Assembly (NCBI RefSeq): GCF_009914755.1
Contig: NC_060929.1
DNA length: 64,000 nt
Source of the DNA: the human T2T-CHM13v2.0 reference genome, Homo sapiens
Reading direction: 5' to 3' (one strand)
A program made the position numbers and the translations under genes. Shown here piece after piece: positions 28,400-42,006 of the stretch. The notes beneath the pieces were generated by a model, which did not search any database, was not told where the DNA came from, and saw nothing but the letters and a program-made list of their open reading frames with translations. Position 1 is the stretch's first letter. Each line of letters opens with the position of its first letter.

Positions 28400-29210
28400 G
28401 CAAATGGCAGCTTTGGAAGACAAATTTCCAATTCAATATTACTTCAGTAAATATGAGGGGCAGTCAGGTATAAACAGATTACAGCTTCATCAGGATAAAG
28501 TGAAATTAGAACAGTTGAAGATGATGGAAGTGAAAGAAGGAGGAGGCATTAACTGATTATATTTGGAAGCAATGGAGAAAAAATCAGCGTACAAAAAGGA
28601 AACCAAAGTGCAGTGGATTGGCAGCGTAGGCATCATGGTTTGAAAGGTGAAGTTAAGTCTGGGGTATAAAACGAAGAACATAATGTGTACGAACTATGAG
28701 GTAATCTTCTTAATGAACAGACAACTTGTCAAACCCTTCCTGGAATTCTGCAGCATGGCAAAGACTCCTAATCTTAAGAGGAATGTGAAAACTTGAAGAG
28801 GGTTCAGAGGACAGCCACAAAGATAATGAATTGGTTGTAAAGTAAGACCTACAAGAAAAGGTGAAAAGATCTGGAATTATTCAATTTGGAGGCAAGAACT
28901 TAGAGGTTATTTAAATCTTCCAGTTAAAAATATACGATCTCATCTCATGCTTCTTCGTGAATTAAAAGAAGGAAATAAATTTAAATCTCAGAATAGAGAA
29001 TTTATGGAATTTAAACAATAATTTAACAAGCAGGTTTGTTACACATCATTAAAGTCTCCTGAGTGGTCTACAAAACGTGTGTGCTCCTTGAAGTTGTATA
29101 ATTTATTTATGTATTTATTTTAGTTAGCTGCAAAGGTGCAGTCGTTGATGAAGAAGAGAAATGGCTCTGATGACCTAGAAGGGGTCTTTCTAGCCTTAAA
29201 TTTCACTGAA
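28400..29210 (+). mobile_element. CR1/L3 3' fragment
   Basis: gagggttcagaggacagccacaaagataat and terminal gatgacctagaaggggtctttctagcc resemble the L3/CR1 3' end. Confidence 0.65.
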
Positions 29211-29319
29211 ATCCAGAGTTAAGTATTAATAGTCTACTAAATCATTGCCACATTTCTAGCCTTACCTCTAACTCATTTGTCTTAGGACTGTAGGATTGAA
29301 ATGGAAGTTGAGGTGATTT

Positions 29320-29900
29320 GGACCAAGGTGAGTCTGGAAGAAGGGGCCAGGGTTGGGGAGTGGAAAGAAGGAGGGGAGGTGGAACAGTTGAGAGAATGGC
29401 ATTCCAGACAAAAAGATAGCAGTTTAAAGGCAGGGAAGTGTCAAAGAGAGTGTTATTATACATTTTGGTAATGGGGCATAATTTGGGTATGATCAAGAAA
29501 TATTATACATGGAACGGATGGTAGGAGATGGCATGCTGAAGAGCTTAGCTGACAGAAGACAATGCAAAGGTTTTTGTTTTAGAATAAAGCTCATCTTCAA
29601 CTCTTAGGAATTGTGACTTGAAGAGTACTTAGGAGGGAGAGGCTCTGATGAGATTTCTGTTTCAGGAAAAATCACGGTGGCAAAAGACGTCAATGATGTT
29701 TTATGGACAGGAGGCATTGGAGGCAGGAAGAGCTGGTCTATATTCAGCCAGTCCATTTGAGAGGTAATAGAAGTCCAAACTGAGCTCTAGTGAGCATAGG
29801 GAAGGAGAGCAAAAGGGAAGGACATTTAGAAGGTTAAGTTTGAGATAATTATTAGTTTGATGTCTCCAGCATCTAGGAGAAAAATGATAATGAAAAAGAG
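29320..29900 (-). mobile_element. L2 fragment
   Basis: Purine-rich L2 reverse pattern (gagaatggcattccagac...ggaggcaggaag...). Confidence 0.55.
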
Positions 29901-30072
29901 AATAGTGAAAAAGAGCTTTCATTGAGTCATTTTCTTATCAATGTATTCAACAAATGGATGATTATTATGGATCAGGCATTATATTAAGTACTAAAGATAC
30001 CAGGATTTTTTCAGTATGTAGACATAGGGCCTGGTTTTCTTGGGACAGTTCTGGTTGACACTGGCTATCCTC

Positions 30073-30348
30073 ATCCACTGATGGATAAATGGCTAAACAA
30101 AATGTGATATATACGTAAAATGGCATAGTATTCAGCCTTAAAAAGGAAGGGAATTCTGACACATACTACAACATGGATGAATCTTGAGTCTTTTAGTATC
30201 TACAGATTTGACTCCTTTAGATACTTCATTTAAGTGACATCGTACAATATTTATCTTTCTCTGATTTACTTATTTTACTTAGCATAATGTCCTCAAGATT
30301 CATCCATATTATAGTATGTGTCAGAATTTCCTGTTTTTAAGGCTGAAA
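30073..30348. mobile_element. Two L1MB-type fragments in opposite orientation
   Basis: + strand piece 30073-30188 and - strand piece 30189-30348 both carry the cagccttaaaaaggaaggaaattctgacacat...atggatgaa segment. Confidence 0.8.
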
Positions 30349-30439
30349 AAAGTCATAACTTGAAATTCCTTTTTAATTTTTTGAGATAAAAAATAATGAA
30401 TGAAAGATTATATGTACATGTTGGCATTTGTCAATTCCC

Positions 30440-33300
30440 CAAATTTTTCCTGCGGTGTTTGTGGTTAATAATACCCAATCTTGTAACTTTGATGTTCTAA
30501 TGAGCTATAATGTTCAGTGTGGTCTAAAAGTAATTTTATATTGGTATCATTTTCCGTCATCAGGTCTCCTGGCTGCAGAGGAATTTCCTTCATTTTATGG
30601 ATGAGGATACTTCAAGAAAACCAAGCCATATGTAGTTTATACTTTGGAAAAGCCACCTGAACCTATTAATGGTAAGTGTGGGTAAAACACATTAAATTTC
30701 TACCATGTTTGGTCATATCAGTCTCTTAAACAGCAACATCAAGAAGAGGAGTTAGGTCCCCAGACACATGGGCCATCTGGAACTCAGTTCATGTGGATAT
30801 GGTTTATGAATTCCTATTGGAGTTGACCCAGTGTCTATGAAAGCTAATAGGAAAGCCTTTGGGCTGGGCACAGTGACTCAAGCCTGTAATCCCAGCACTT
30901 TGGGAGGCTGAGGCTGGTGGATCACCTGAGGTCGGGAGTTCAAGACCAGCCTGACCAACATGGAGAAACCTCGTCTCTACTGAAAATACAAAATTAGCCA
31001 GGGTGGTGGCGCATGCCTATAATGCCAGCTACTCGGGAGGCTGAGGCAGGAGAATCACTTGAACCCGGAGGTGGAGGTTGCGGTGAGCTGAGATTGCACC
31101 ATTGTACTCCAGCCTAGGCAAAAAGAGTGAAACTCCATCTTAAAAAGCCTTTGGCCATGATTGTAACTAAAGTTTCTCAGATAATTTTGACACCTTCAGT
31201 TTTGATGAGTCAGTCATTCATTCTGTTTTATCTGAGGACTGAGAATGGTAAAGGCAGTGATGCTTCTGGACTATAGCATTCCTTAATTACCCTTCCAGTG
31301 AAATGGCCACCCCTATTATTAGGCCTATAGGAGAGTCTTCCCCAAGTGTGAAATGTGAGGTCTAATATTGCTTTGCTTTAGTCAGAACAGTTGTTTTTTT
31401 ATTAGGGATTCTAAGCAAAGGACAGAAGGAGCAAGGAAAGGCTTCTGGTCAACCAGAAAATGGGCAGACAATATTAAGAATGTATTCCTAACCATATGAG
31501 GAGAAGGGCTGGAATAAGCATTATTTGTAGATTTTCAAGTGAGCCTATTTTTTTTTTTTAACTTATGTGTTTTTCTCATTTTAAAATTTTCTTGGGATTG
31601 TGGGCTTGAAAGATAAAAGATAAACATTCTGTGCAATCTCACTGAATTTTCTTCCAGCAAAACCCATTTAGGATGTTTATGAGGTTTTTCTATACACAAT
31701 GGATTAAACCATATACCAATTTTCATAGACTTTATTTCAACCTATTTGGGAAGACTATCTTATTGCCACTAGGTGGAACAAAGAATGTGATTTTTACCAA
31801 AGTTGTATTTTTCCCCCCATAACGAAGTGCCTAAAACTAGCATTGAGTCAAGACTTGATGACCACAGTCAGGATTAGTTTTGGTTTTGATTTTTGAACTA
31901 GTTAGCCAGTCTGGATGTTTTTTACAGGAATTCATTTGGCATTTGAATCTGCTAAAGCATTGTTCCTTACTTGATTTTGCTAAAGCATTCTTTTAGTATG
32001 TGTGTCAAACTTAGTTATAATGTATTCGTTTGTAAGAAGCAAAACACTTAGGTGGGTTTTGAAACAGTTGTCATGTTTACCTGTTGTACCAATTCCAGTG
32101 AGAATCTGTGTTGCTTCCAAAGGACCAAAACCATTAGGGCCCAAAAAGAGAACTGCTATTGGCATTGGCATTTTCTCTCCTATCTATAGCTTCTGACAGG
32201 GTTTAGTAACCCCAGCATCAATTAGAAATAAAACATTCTGTTTCCACCACTGTACGGTAATTTCTCCTTATTTTGTAAAAGAAAATTTGGGTCAAGGAAG
32301 AGGTATCATTTGTCAGACAAAGGTTTTTTGTGTGTGTGTGTGTCTTTTTAGATTTTATTTTTCAAACTAAGGCAGAGGAATTGCCCTTTCAATGTCTTTT
32401 GCATTATTCATATTGATAGGTATGTGTTTTTTTGTTGTTTTGTTTTGCTTTTCAAGAGTAGTCTTAGAGATGTCCTTGTTCTTTGGTTTATCTAATGCTT
32501 AATCGGAAGGGTTATTCTTCAAGACGCTAAAGTAGTTTTTGTATATTAGAGAAGGGGAAGTCTACCATCCTACTTTTGTATTTCTTACTAAATCCTCCAC
32601 CTCAGATTTAAGATAATGAACAACAAAGGTGAATAGGACAGTGGTAACATCTTCCTAATTGGAACAAGAATATTTTCTGAAAGTGTTAGATAGTCCCTAA
32701 TACCGGGTGCACTCTTTTCCCCCTTGCTTATAGGCTGGATTATTGGCCAATCAATTTTTACAGGAAATACCTCTGTGACAACTTCTAAGAGGTCTTGTTC
32801 TATTTCTGTACTCTTTTCATATGCATCCTTGACCAAATTTCAAATCATACCTAAATTTTGATACCATTTTGGTAACCAATTCACTCTCATTTTTCCAAGC
32901 AAGTTTGAGCATCCTCTGGCTCCAAGAGGATACTTCAGGACTAAATGTCTCAACGGCTATACTAAATTTTCAGTGAAATTTTGTCTTTACTTTTGAAAGT
33001 TAGGAAAGTCTTTAACTAAATAGAGCAACTTAATCTTGATTAAGACTTAAAACCATAAAGCCAGCAAGGCTGGTCATTGCCTGCAACTATGTTATAAGAC
33101 ATTATGAGTGGGTGTTGACCTGGACTGCGTGTGGGAAAGACTGGTGGAGAGAAAGGAAGAGGGTTTGGAGAAGGGTCAGAACAAGGAGAAAAAGCAAAAG
33201 GTGGTGTGTAGGCGATGGGGGCCAAAGCAATAGAAGAGGCCAGAAGAAAGGGGAAATGTCAATGACCTCTTGTATGCTCTGTTCTTGTCAAAGTGGCCTG
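30440..33300 (-). mobile_element. Degraded class-I (ERV1) internal fossil: protease end/RT N-terminus, RNase H, integrase
   Basis: Minus-strand translations: IIQPISKGEKSAPGIRDYL..NILVPI..SPLL (RT start, 32588-32836); GFG.LWKQHRF and NNALADSNAK (RNase H); EYILNIVCPFSG*PEAFPC, WPKAFLLA..STPIG, PLQPGD (integrase). Many stops and frameshifts. Confidence 0.8.
30862..31143 (+). mobile_element. AluSp-like inserted in the ERV integrase
   Basis: ctgaccaacatggagaaacc diagnostic; TSD aaagcctttg; almost no A tail. Confidence 0.93.
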
Positions 33301-33448
33301 GGCTGAGCAGCAAAAAGGTCCAGGCTCATTCAGAAACAGCAATCATGTTTGTACAAGCTAGCAAGATAAATTTCTGAATATACCTTCTATAATTTTCTGT
33401 ACTTTAAACATGGAAGTAAATGCATTTTATTCATCCAACATAAAACAT

Positions 33449-33748
33449 TGCTGGGAACAGTGGCTCACACCTGTAATCCTAGCACTTTGGGAGGTCAAGG
33501 TGGGAGGATCCTTTGAGGCCAGAAGTTTGTGACCAGTCTGGGCAACAAAACAAGATCTGGTCTCTACAAAAAATAGTTAGCTTGGTGTGGTGGCACACAC
33601 CTGTAGTTCCAGCTACTTGGGAGGTTATGGAGGATTCACTGAGTCTAGGAGTTTGTGGCTGCAGTAATCTACAATCTCACCACTGCTTTGAAGCTTGGGT
33701 GACAGACACCCTGTCTCTTTAAAAAAAAAACAAAAAAAAAACCAAAAA
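33449..33748 (+). mobile_element. AluJ
   Basis: Diverged full-length Alu with A-rich tail. Confidence 0.88.
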
Positions 33749-34309
33749 GTATTGTGAGCTAATTAAATTTTGCTGTCATTGGTTCACAAGTAATCTCTTT
33801 AGAGCTGCCTAAATGAAAGTAGACAGAATTTCATCATAGTATTGTTTACAGTACAGTGCCAGAAAAGTACGGTAACTACTGGTGGTGCCTAATAATTGTG
33901 AGCTGTTGTCTTGTATTCATTTTCAAATATACTCCAGAAAGGTAGTCTTTTGGGATATGAGAGAGAAACACAGCTTAAAAAAAATTTTTAAAGACTTTTT
34001 CTTCAGAAAAATATTTTAGAGTGATATTATTACATTTTATAATTTATATATGAACAATGAAAATATTAAAATTTTAATTTTGTTTTATCAATGATGCTAA
34101 CCACACTACATATGAAAAAGCAAATTTCAATAAAATTAACAATGCAATTTTAAATTTTGACAACCTCATAAACAACTTATAATTATAACATTTAAAAACA
34201 GAAAATTTGATACTAATGATATTTTCAAAAAATGTCCCATTGACCATCTGAAAAAAATCTGGCCTATAACACAAAAAGATAATGCAACATAATGCTCTAT
34301 AAATCCATC

Positions 34310-35457
34310 TGTGATATTATAAAATAGATACTAGGCTTCAACACTTACCTCCTGCTTCCCTCCCACATGAAACTCTTAAAATCCTTAGAATCTCAAAAGT
34401 TATGATTGACTGATGGCTGGCAGAGGCTAGGTAGCTTCAGGATGGGATTGGTCACCAGAAAGACAAAGGCAGGTGGGACTTTCAGCTCCACCCCTCAAGC
34501 TCCCAGGAGGGCAGAGAGGTTGAAGGTTAAGTTGATCACCAATGGCCAATAGTTTAGTCAATTATGCCTATGTAATGAGGCCTCCGTAAAAGCCCAAAAG
34601 GACAGGGTTCAGAGAGCTTCTTGAGAGCTCAACACATGGAGGCTGACAGGACAGGATAGTGAACTAGAACTCAATCACACTTCACATGGACAGAAGCTCC
34701 TGAGCTTCGCGTGAGGTATGGCTGGTTTTCTATATCCTTTAAAATATCCCTTGGAATAAATTGGTAAACATGTTCCTCTGTGTTCTGTGAACCACTCTAG
34801 CAAATTAATCAAATCCCAATGAGAAGGTTAAAGGAATATGAACTTGAAATTGGTTGATGAAATGTTCCAGAGGCTCAGACATGTGACTGGTGGGAAAGAG
34901 GGGGCCTTCTTGTGGGACTGAGCCTTCAATGTGTAGTTTGTGAGCCTATCTCCTGGTAGACAGCATCAGAATTGTATTGAATTGAAGGACATTGGTGTCT
35001 GCTGCAGAATTGAATGATTACTCCCTGTGCAGGCAGAAACCCCTAAACATTTCACAGTAGTAGTCTTTTTTTTTTTATTTTTTTATTTTTTGAGACAAGC
35101 TCTCGCTTTGCACCATTGCACTCCAGCCTGGGTGACAATCTCGGCTCACTGCAGCCTCTGCCTCCCAGGTTCAAGCGATTCTCCTGCCTCAGCCTCCTGA
35201 GTAGCTGGGATCATGGGCACATACCACCACGCCCAGCTAATTTTTGTATTTTTAGTAGAGATGGGTTTTCACCATGTTGGCCAAGCTGGTCTTGAACTCC
35301 TGACCTCAGGTGATTCACCTGCCTCAGCCTCCCAAACTGTTGGGATTACAGGTGTAAGCCACCATGCCCGGCCTGGTAATAGTAGTCTTCTGGTTTGATT
35401 GTTGTAGCAATGTGAGAACAGAGGAAAACCACTATTTGATTTTTCCCACTATAACGC
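34310..35457 (+). mobile_element. MER21-type LTR, interrupted by an Alu
   Basis: tgtgatatt start; gatcaccaatggccaat...tcaattatgcctatgtaatgaggcctcc...cagggttcagagagcttc; right boundary approximate. Confidence 0.8.
35066..35374 (-). mobile_element. AluS with an internal micro-inversion
   Basis: TSD tagtagtctt; segment 35108-35138 is inverted relative to the rest of the Alu. Confidence 0.93.
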
Positions 35458-35539
35458 AGATGTCTTAAAAATATGAAAGAAAACTATTGAAATGTATTTA
35501 TTTATTTATTCACATAAATTTTTACTTTCTTTTTCTCTC

Positions 35540-35891
<352 letters not shown>

Positions 35892-36721
35892 TGAGGTCAA
35901 TGCCTTAATATAACACAAAATAAGTTTTTACAAGTTGGATAGAAATCTCTAAAACCAGATATACCGTAGTTAACAAATACATAACAAAAATAAAAATAAC
36001 TGGAAATAACATATATATTAATATTCATTGTCACTAGAAAACATTAAGTGCGAAATAAAACATAAGGTAATTATTTTCTGCGTATGAAATAGCCAAGCAC
36101 TCAAGGAAACAGGCTCTCTTTTTACTTTTGGCCAGGGATGTTACTTTTTTCTAAGAGGAAATTTAGCAATATGCATTAAGAACTTTAACATATACCTTCT
36201 GTCCCTATAATTGGATAAATCTACTTTTAAGAATTTATCCAAAGAAAATAATAAGATACAGAAAAACCGTTTTCTTAGAAATATTTATGCCGCAATATAA
36301 AAAATAAAATGTTTTTGAAATACACTGAAATATGTAGAAATATTCTCATGAATATAACTTAAAGAACTTTAAGTTAAAATCAGAAGACAAAATTCTGTTT
36401 TATAGTTCCTCAAATTTTCAAAAATACTTCCAGTAGTTTTAGAACAGCCTCTAAAACAAGATACCAAGAAGCTGAAAATAATGGTTTTTTGTTTTGGTTT
36501 GGCACTATTGGCTATTTAAATTTTTTATTCATATGTTTATGAACTTTCTAAATTATTCAAACATGTCACATATTATTTCTCTAATTATAAATGAAGTTCC
36601 ATGTTTCTACATATTTTAATTAGGTGCCACGTATTATATGCAACAGTGCAAAATTCCCTTGTCTTCAAATTCTTCGTGGCATTTATCAGCCTGACTTATC
36701 CTTTAGTATTTAAAAGATATA

Positions 36722-36830
36722 GTTACATATGTTACACATATATAATTATATATGTATATACATGTATATAAGCGCATATACATGTGCATGTGTATATACA
36801 CAAATATAGACACACATATATGCACATATA
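36722..36830. repeat. Degenerate (TA/CA/TG)n low-complexity tract
   Basis: Alternating purine-pyrimidine run visible in sequence. Confidence 0.7.
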
Positions 36831-39800
36831 TTTAAATTGGAGGCAAATGCCAAAATGATATTGTGACATCAGCATCTTAATAATTCAAATGGTTATTATA
36901 TCATTCATATTTCAGAATGTCACTCAGTGAGATCTATAATTTCAAAATCTCTGACATGTCAAATATTTTTAAATTACAGCCAGAAAAAAATGTGAACAAA
37001 ACAAAATAAAGCAAAACAAACCAACAAGCAGCATATATAAAGTCAACATATATAATGGAAGTGTTATTTCATGAATATTGTTTGTTGTTCCAAATTTTTC
37101 TATGAAATAATGTAAAGCAAGGCTCCATTAGATTCCAAAAACCAGAACAGTCTGTGGTATCATCAAATGTTAGATGGGAAAACATAAAACCTCTATACCA
37201 AATAGCTAGTAATTGATTGTAAATTTTACCTCTAAAAAGAGGGAACACCTTAAATAAGATCTATAGCAGTAAATAATTCTGCCAATATCCTTCAGAGTAG
37301 GGAGACTTTCCTCCAGCAATTTTTGCTGTTAATCACAGTGGCAAGTATTTTCATAATCTGATGTTAACTTTGCAGCGTTTGAATTAACTTGGCTCTAACA
37401 CATTCCTTAGTTTCCTACTACCAGTAGGATGAACTAGTTGGCCAGGTCATGCTGTGTCAAAGTACTTAAGTGTTTATATATACACTGCAAACAACACCTA
37501 TCTTAAACATGCTTTGTATTTTTTTCGTACACAGTAGAACACATAAAATTATTTTATATAAGAATGTGAAAGGAAGAAACATATAAATTAAAATTTTCTA
37601 ATGGAAAAATTAAATAGTTTTGTTGAAGCATCATTTGCTATTACAACATTAAAACCTATTTATTTTTCTCATCCACTAGTTTTCCTCTTTCCACTACATA
37701 CATAGGTAGAAATTTCAATTAGTTTGTGTTTTTTTCCAAATGCTTTAAGAGTAACAAATTATTGTCAGTCTTTTCCTCAATATGAACATTGAAAGTTAAA
37801 ATAAAATTAATATACTTTGGTTTTATATATATGTATAAACAGAATCTAGATTGACTTCATTTGTAAGGTAATTAATATTTAGGAATTATCTAAAAGTGGA
37901 ATGCATAATTATGAATAAGCACTAATATTTCTGACCCCAACCTGTCTGATGAATAAAAAACAAGATTCATTTATGTGGTCTGTTATATTTATTTTTGTGA
38001 ATGTGAACTTTAAAGCAATTTTTCAATAACTTTTATTTCAACTTCAGATATGTTTATATGAAAAATATGTCATTTTTCAATTCTATTAAACATGATACAT
38101 AACAAAACAAAGCAAGCTAGTGTCTTTTAGCTCTTTCAGTGAAAATGAGTTTAGTAGTTTTAATACTTTGCAAATAAATATAAAATAAAGTTCATTCCAA
38201 CCAGCTGTATGATTCTGCTACTGACATTAAAAAATTCAGCTGGGAATAAACTATATTTTTCTAAGAAATTAGAAATGTTCTAATTTTGATGAATTATGAA
38301 CTGAAAAATAGAAGATGGTAAACATGTAAAAATGAATCAATTGCTTTTTTAATGTAGGTAAATTATTAAAAAATAAAAATTGACCCATTAAAATATAAGA
38401 TGAAGCTAGGTGTTATGGTCATTAACTTTCGTTAATGCTTTATAAAACAAACATCTTTTATTGTGCAATGTTAAAAACTTGTTAAAACTTTAATTGTACA
38501 ATTATGTTTTCAATTGCCATTCACTCATTTTCTTGCAAGTTAATAAGTTTATGCTGAATGCTACAGCAAACAAATTCCTTAGTGTTACAAGAGAATTGGG
38601 ATTTGCTAAAATGCTGTGGATTTCCAGCGTGAAACAGGATAGGCTGAAGCGTAAAATAAATGCTGTTCTTCTAAGAGTTTAAACTCTGTGCAACTAAGTA
38701 GTTACAAAAGTATTAGACTTTTTTTTCAACATAACACTGTCAATTAAATTTTTTTAAAAAATTTAATTTTTTTAAAAAATTTTATGCCTTTGTATAGTTG
38801 AGACAGACTGAGAGAGCAAGACGAAGAGATAAACATACCCAAGAATATACATGTACTACACTTGGTAGTAGGCATATGCTTGAGGGCCATCACTGGGCCC
38901 AGGATAAAGGTTAAAGGGCTACCATATGGAGCCTGAAGTACTGTAGAACTTTTCATCCTAAGTGGTACTGTGGGGCTCATAGTAACCTTCATTGTTGAAA
39001 AGGAGTCACCAGCTGTATCAAGATTTCTAACAACATTACAAGCAAGTTTTCTAGTTGTTAGTGCTTAGGGCAAAAGATTGTAAGAAGTGAACAGCTGTGT
39101 CCTTAGAGGAAAGAGATCAACTATGGTGAATTCTGTGACGAGTCTGTCACTGACGAAAGGATTGATAGGGGTCATACAAATGAAGATCTTAAAACGTAGC
39201 TTCAAGGTCAAAAGGGAAAAATGAAAGTAAATTTTGAACACTACTAGGATTGTTCCGTTAAAGGAAACTGATGTAAAAAATAATTCTGGCAATGTGTGTT
39301 TGAAGAAAGGCAGCAGCACACAGTTTGATCACTATTTGATTATGATGGCATGCAGTAAGTCGTCGAATAGAGCCAAAAACCAATTCTTTGTTTCTAATGT
39401 GTGCAACCAACCACGACTTAAGTAATAAATTTGTCATTTTGACTCTAAAATTATAAGCTAATATTCTTTGTACTGATATAACTGTGTGCTATATTCATAG
39501 CTTTACATAAAGGAAAGAACAATAGTATAAGAATATACATCTATAAAAGCAAATGATATAAATACTGTGCTATTTTCAGCGATGTTTACTACTGCATACT
39601 CGATAGGGTGGTCAAAAATTTGGAATAGGATAATAAACATACACCTGCAGGACAGATAACCCCATATTGATCGCATTTTTTTTTTCATTTTGTATTGACA
39701 AATTTATGACCTAAAAGAAGAGCATGAAAAAGGTAAATGTAGGCAAGATAAAGGTTTAAGAGTTCCTTTGAAGCAAGTCAGAAATAATACATGAAAGATG

Positions 39801-41200
39801 ATGGTGGAGAGGAAAGAGAGAGAGGGAGCATCTGTGCCCACACTGACTGAAGGAACTGAGAGATACTGAGAAGAGAAAATATGAAAGATGCAGCCATTGA
39901 ATGTTTATTGCTGGTGTTACATTTTTTGTCACTTTTATCCTATAAAACATTCATTAGCAACACGCATACAAGTATGCTATGACAGATCTTCTTACATCAT
40001 CTTTTTCTTTTTTTTTTTGTCAAGAAAAACACTGTATATACCTGCATTAAGCAGGGGTTATTTTCTATGACAAAATGTTCCATCAGTACTGATGAGGTGC
40101 TCTGAGTATCGATGTTGTTGGCATTCAGTAAATGCTTAATAGTAGTAATAATACCACAGATAGCATGCAGTTTAAGGAATAAAATTGGGCTTTATATATT
40201 TTTCTCTTCCTCAAAGAAGAAAATGTCTTTCCGGCCCTTTTTTATCTGATGTTCTGTGAACATTTTTCCATTAGTATGGGGGAAGCGCTACTGTGGTGAA
40301 TGCTTCTGCTGCACTCAGGAAGATAAAAAATAGGCCAGATTAGAGTCACTTGAGTTGTATTCATGGAGAGAAATGCTATAGGTTCTCAAAACATTTTACT
40401 CATAATGTGTAATGTAGCTAGTTTTTTATGACATTTTCTACAATCCTTGATACTAGATGGAGTATTTGATACATTCAATTATGTGGCTAATTTCAGATTG
40501 CTAAGAGATAGATGGAGCCAGACAAATGATATGAAGTAAGATTATTACCTAAATGAATATATATTAAAGATATGACAATATATATTCATTGGCAATTTTT
40601 TACTTTTTATAAAATTAGCTCTAATTGTTGTTAAATAGGCATCTAAGAAATTGAATATATGATACACAAAAAATTAATTAGTGATAAAATTAAAGCAATA
40701 ACATGGAATAATAGGAATACAAGAATAGGTTTATGCTTTTGCAAATTACGCTTGGAACTTATATACATAAAAACAAGTTGGTTGTATAGTATGCATAATA
40801 ATATAGTATTATAATTATGATAGAATATTTAAAAGTTTCCTAAATTATGTGTATAATTATAAAATCAGTTTATTCGATGTTTTGTGAAGTTGTGTCAAGT
40901 TCTTTCACAGTCTTCTAAGAGAATTTATCTTAAATTACCATTGCTATCATCGTTAAACTTTAGTGAGTTATAGAGGACATTTATGCACCTGATTTTTTTT
41001 TTTTAATAATCTGACACATTCTTAGACATATTTGCATCTGTTTGATTTCCTTCTTAGGGTTCTTTGTCTCTTATGATTACTATCTTGAATTTCTCATATT
41101 CAAAGCCCTAAGAACTCTTATGGGTATTCAAAACACATGATAAAGGGCAGTGATAAAAGAAAAGGCTCAACCCCTGTTTATGGCACTCAGTGATCTACTG

Positions 41201-41417
41201 CAGGGGTTAGAAAACTGCCACTGCCAAGGACAAACGTAGGCTTTTGTTTTTGTAAATCAAGTTTAATGGAAACTTAGCCATACTCATTCATTTACATATT
41301 GCCAATGGCTGCTTCCTCACCACAGGGGCAGAACTGTGTCAATGGGACAGAGACCTTCTGTCTGCAAAGCCAAAAATATTTACTATTTGGTCATTTATAA
41401 GAGTTTTATGACCCCTG
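41201..41417 (+). mobile_element. MER58A hAT-Charlie MITE
   Basis: TIRs caggggt...acccctg; 8-bp TSD-like atctactg / atttattg; core cattcatttacatattg..atggctgctt. Confidence 0.85.
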
Positions 41418-41679
41418 ATTTATTGTCATAAAGTAGCTTGATCATTGTAAATCTTAGTCCACATAACTTCTTCTCAGTATTTTTAAAAAATTTTCTTTCT
41501 CCCTAGAAAATACCTAGATCTAACTACATTCTTATTATTTAATGACTAATTAGATGGGTTTTAGTTTTCATTTGAGGAGCATTTTTTTAAAGGCCCTAAA
41601 TAATATTTACATTTGAATGACTTTCAGAGATAACCAACACATTTTAAGACCTATTAATTTTAAATAATATTTTAAAATG

Positions 41680-41900
41680 TTAATAGAAAACGTGTATAGC
41701 ACTTACTAAGTGCCAATCATAGTCCAAAATATAGTGCTTATATTAATGTATTTAATCTTCACCACAAGCCTTTGCAGAGAAGTGTCATCATCATCATACA
41801 CTTTTGGGCAATGAGGAAATTTAGGCACAGAGTTTAAATATTTTAACCAAAGTAACACATTAAATGGGAGGCAGAAATGGAACTGGAACCCAGGCCAGCT
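41680..41900 (-). mobile_element. MIR
   Basis: atagcacttactaagtgcca...atttaatcttcaccacaa...atgaggaaatttaggcacagag. Confidence 0.7.
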
Positions 41901-42006
41901 GGATAATCAGTAGGCTATGTGGCGTCAGCGTACATCTGTTGGCCAATAACTCTGCTTTACCATTCAATGAACACTGTTACTCCCTTGAAAGGACCACTCT
42001 CTCTCT

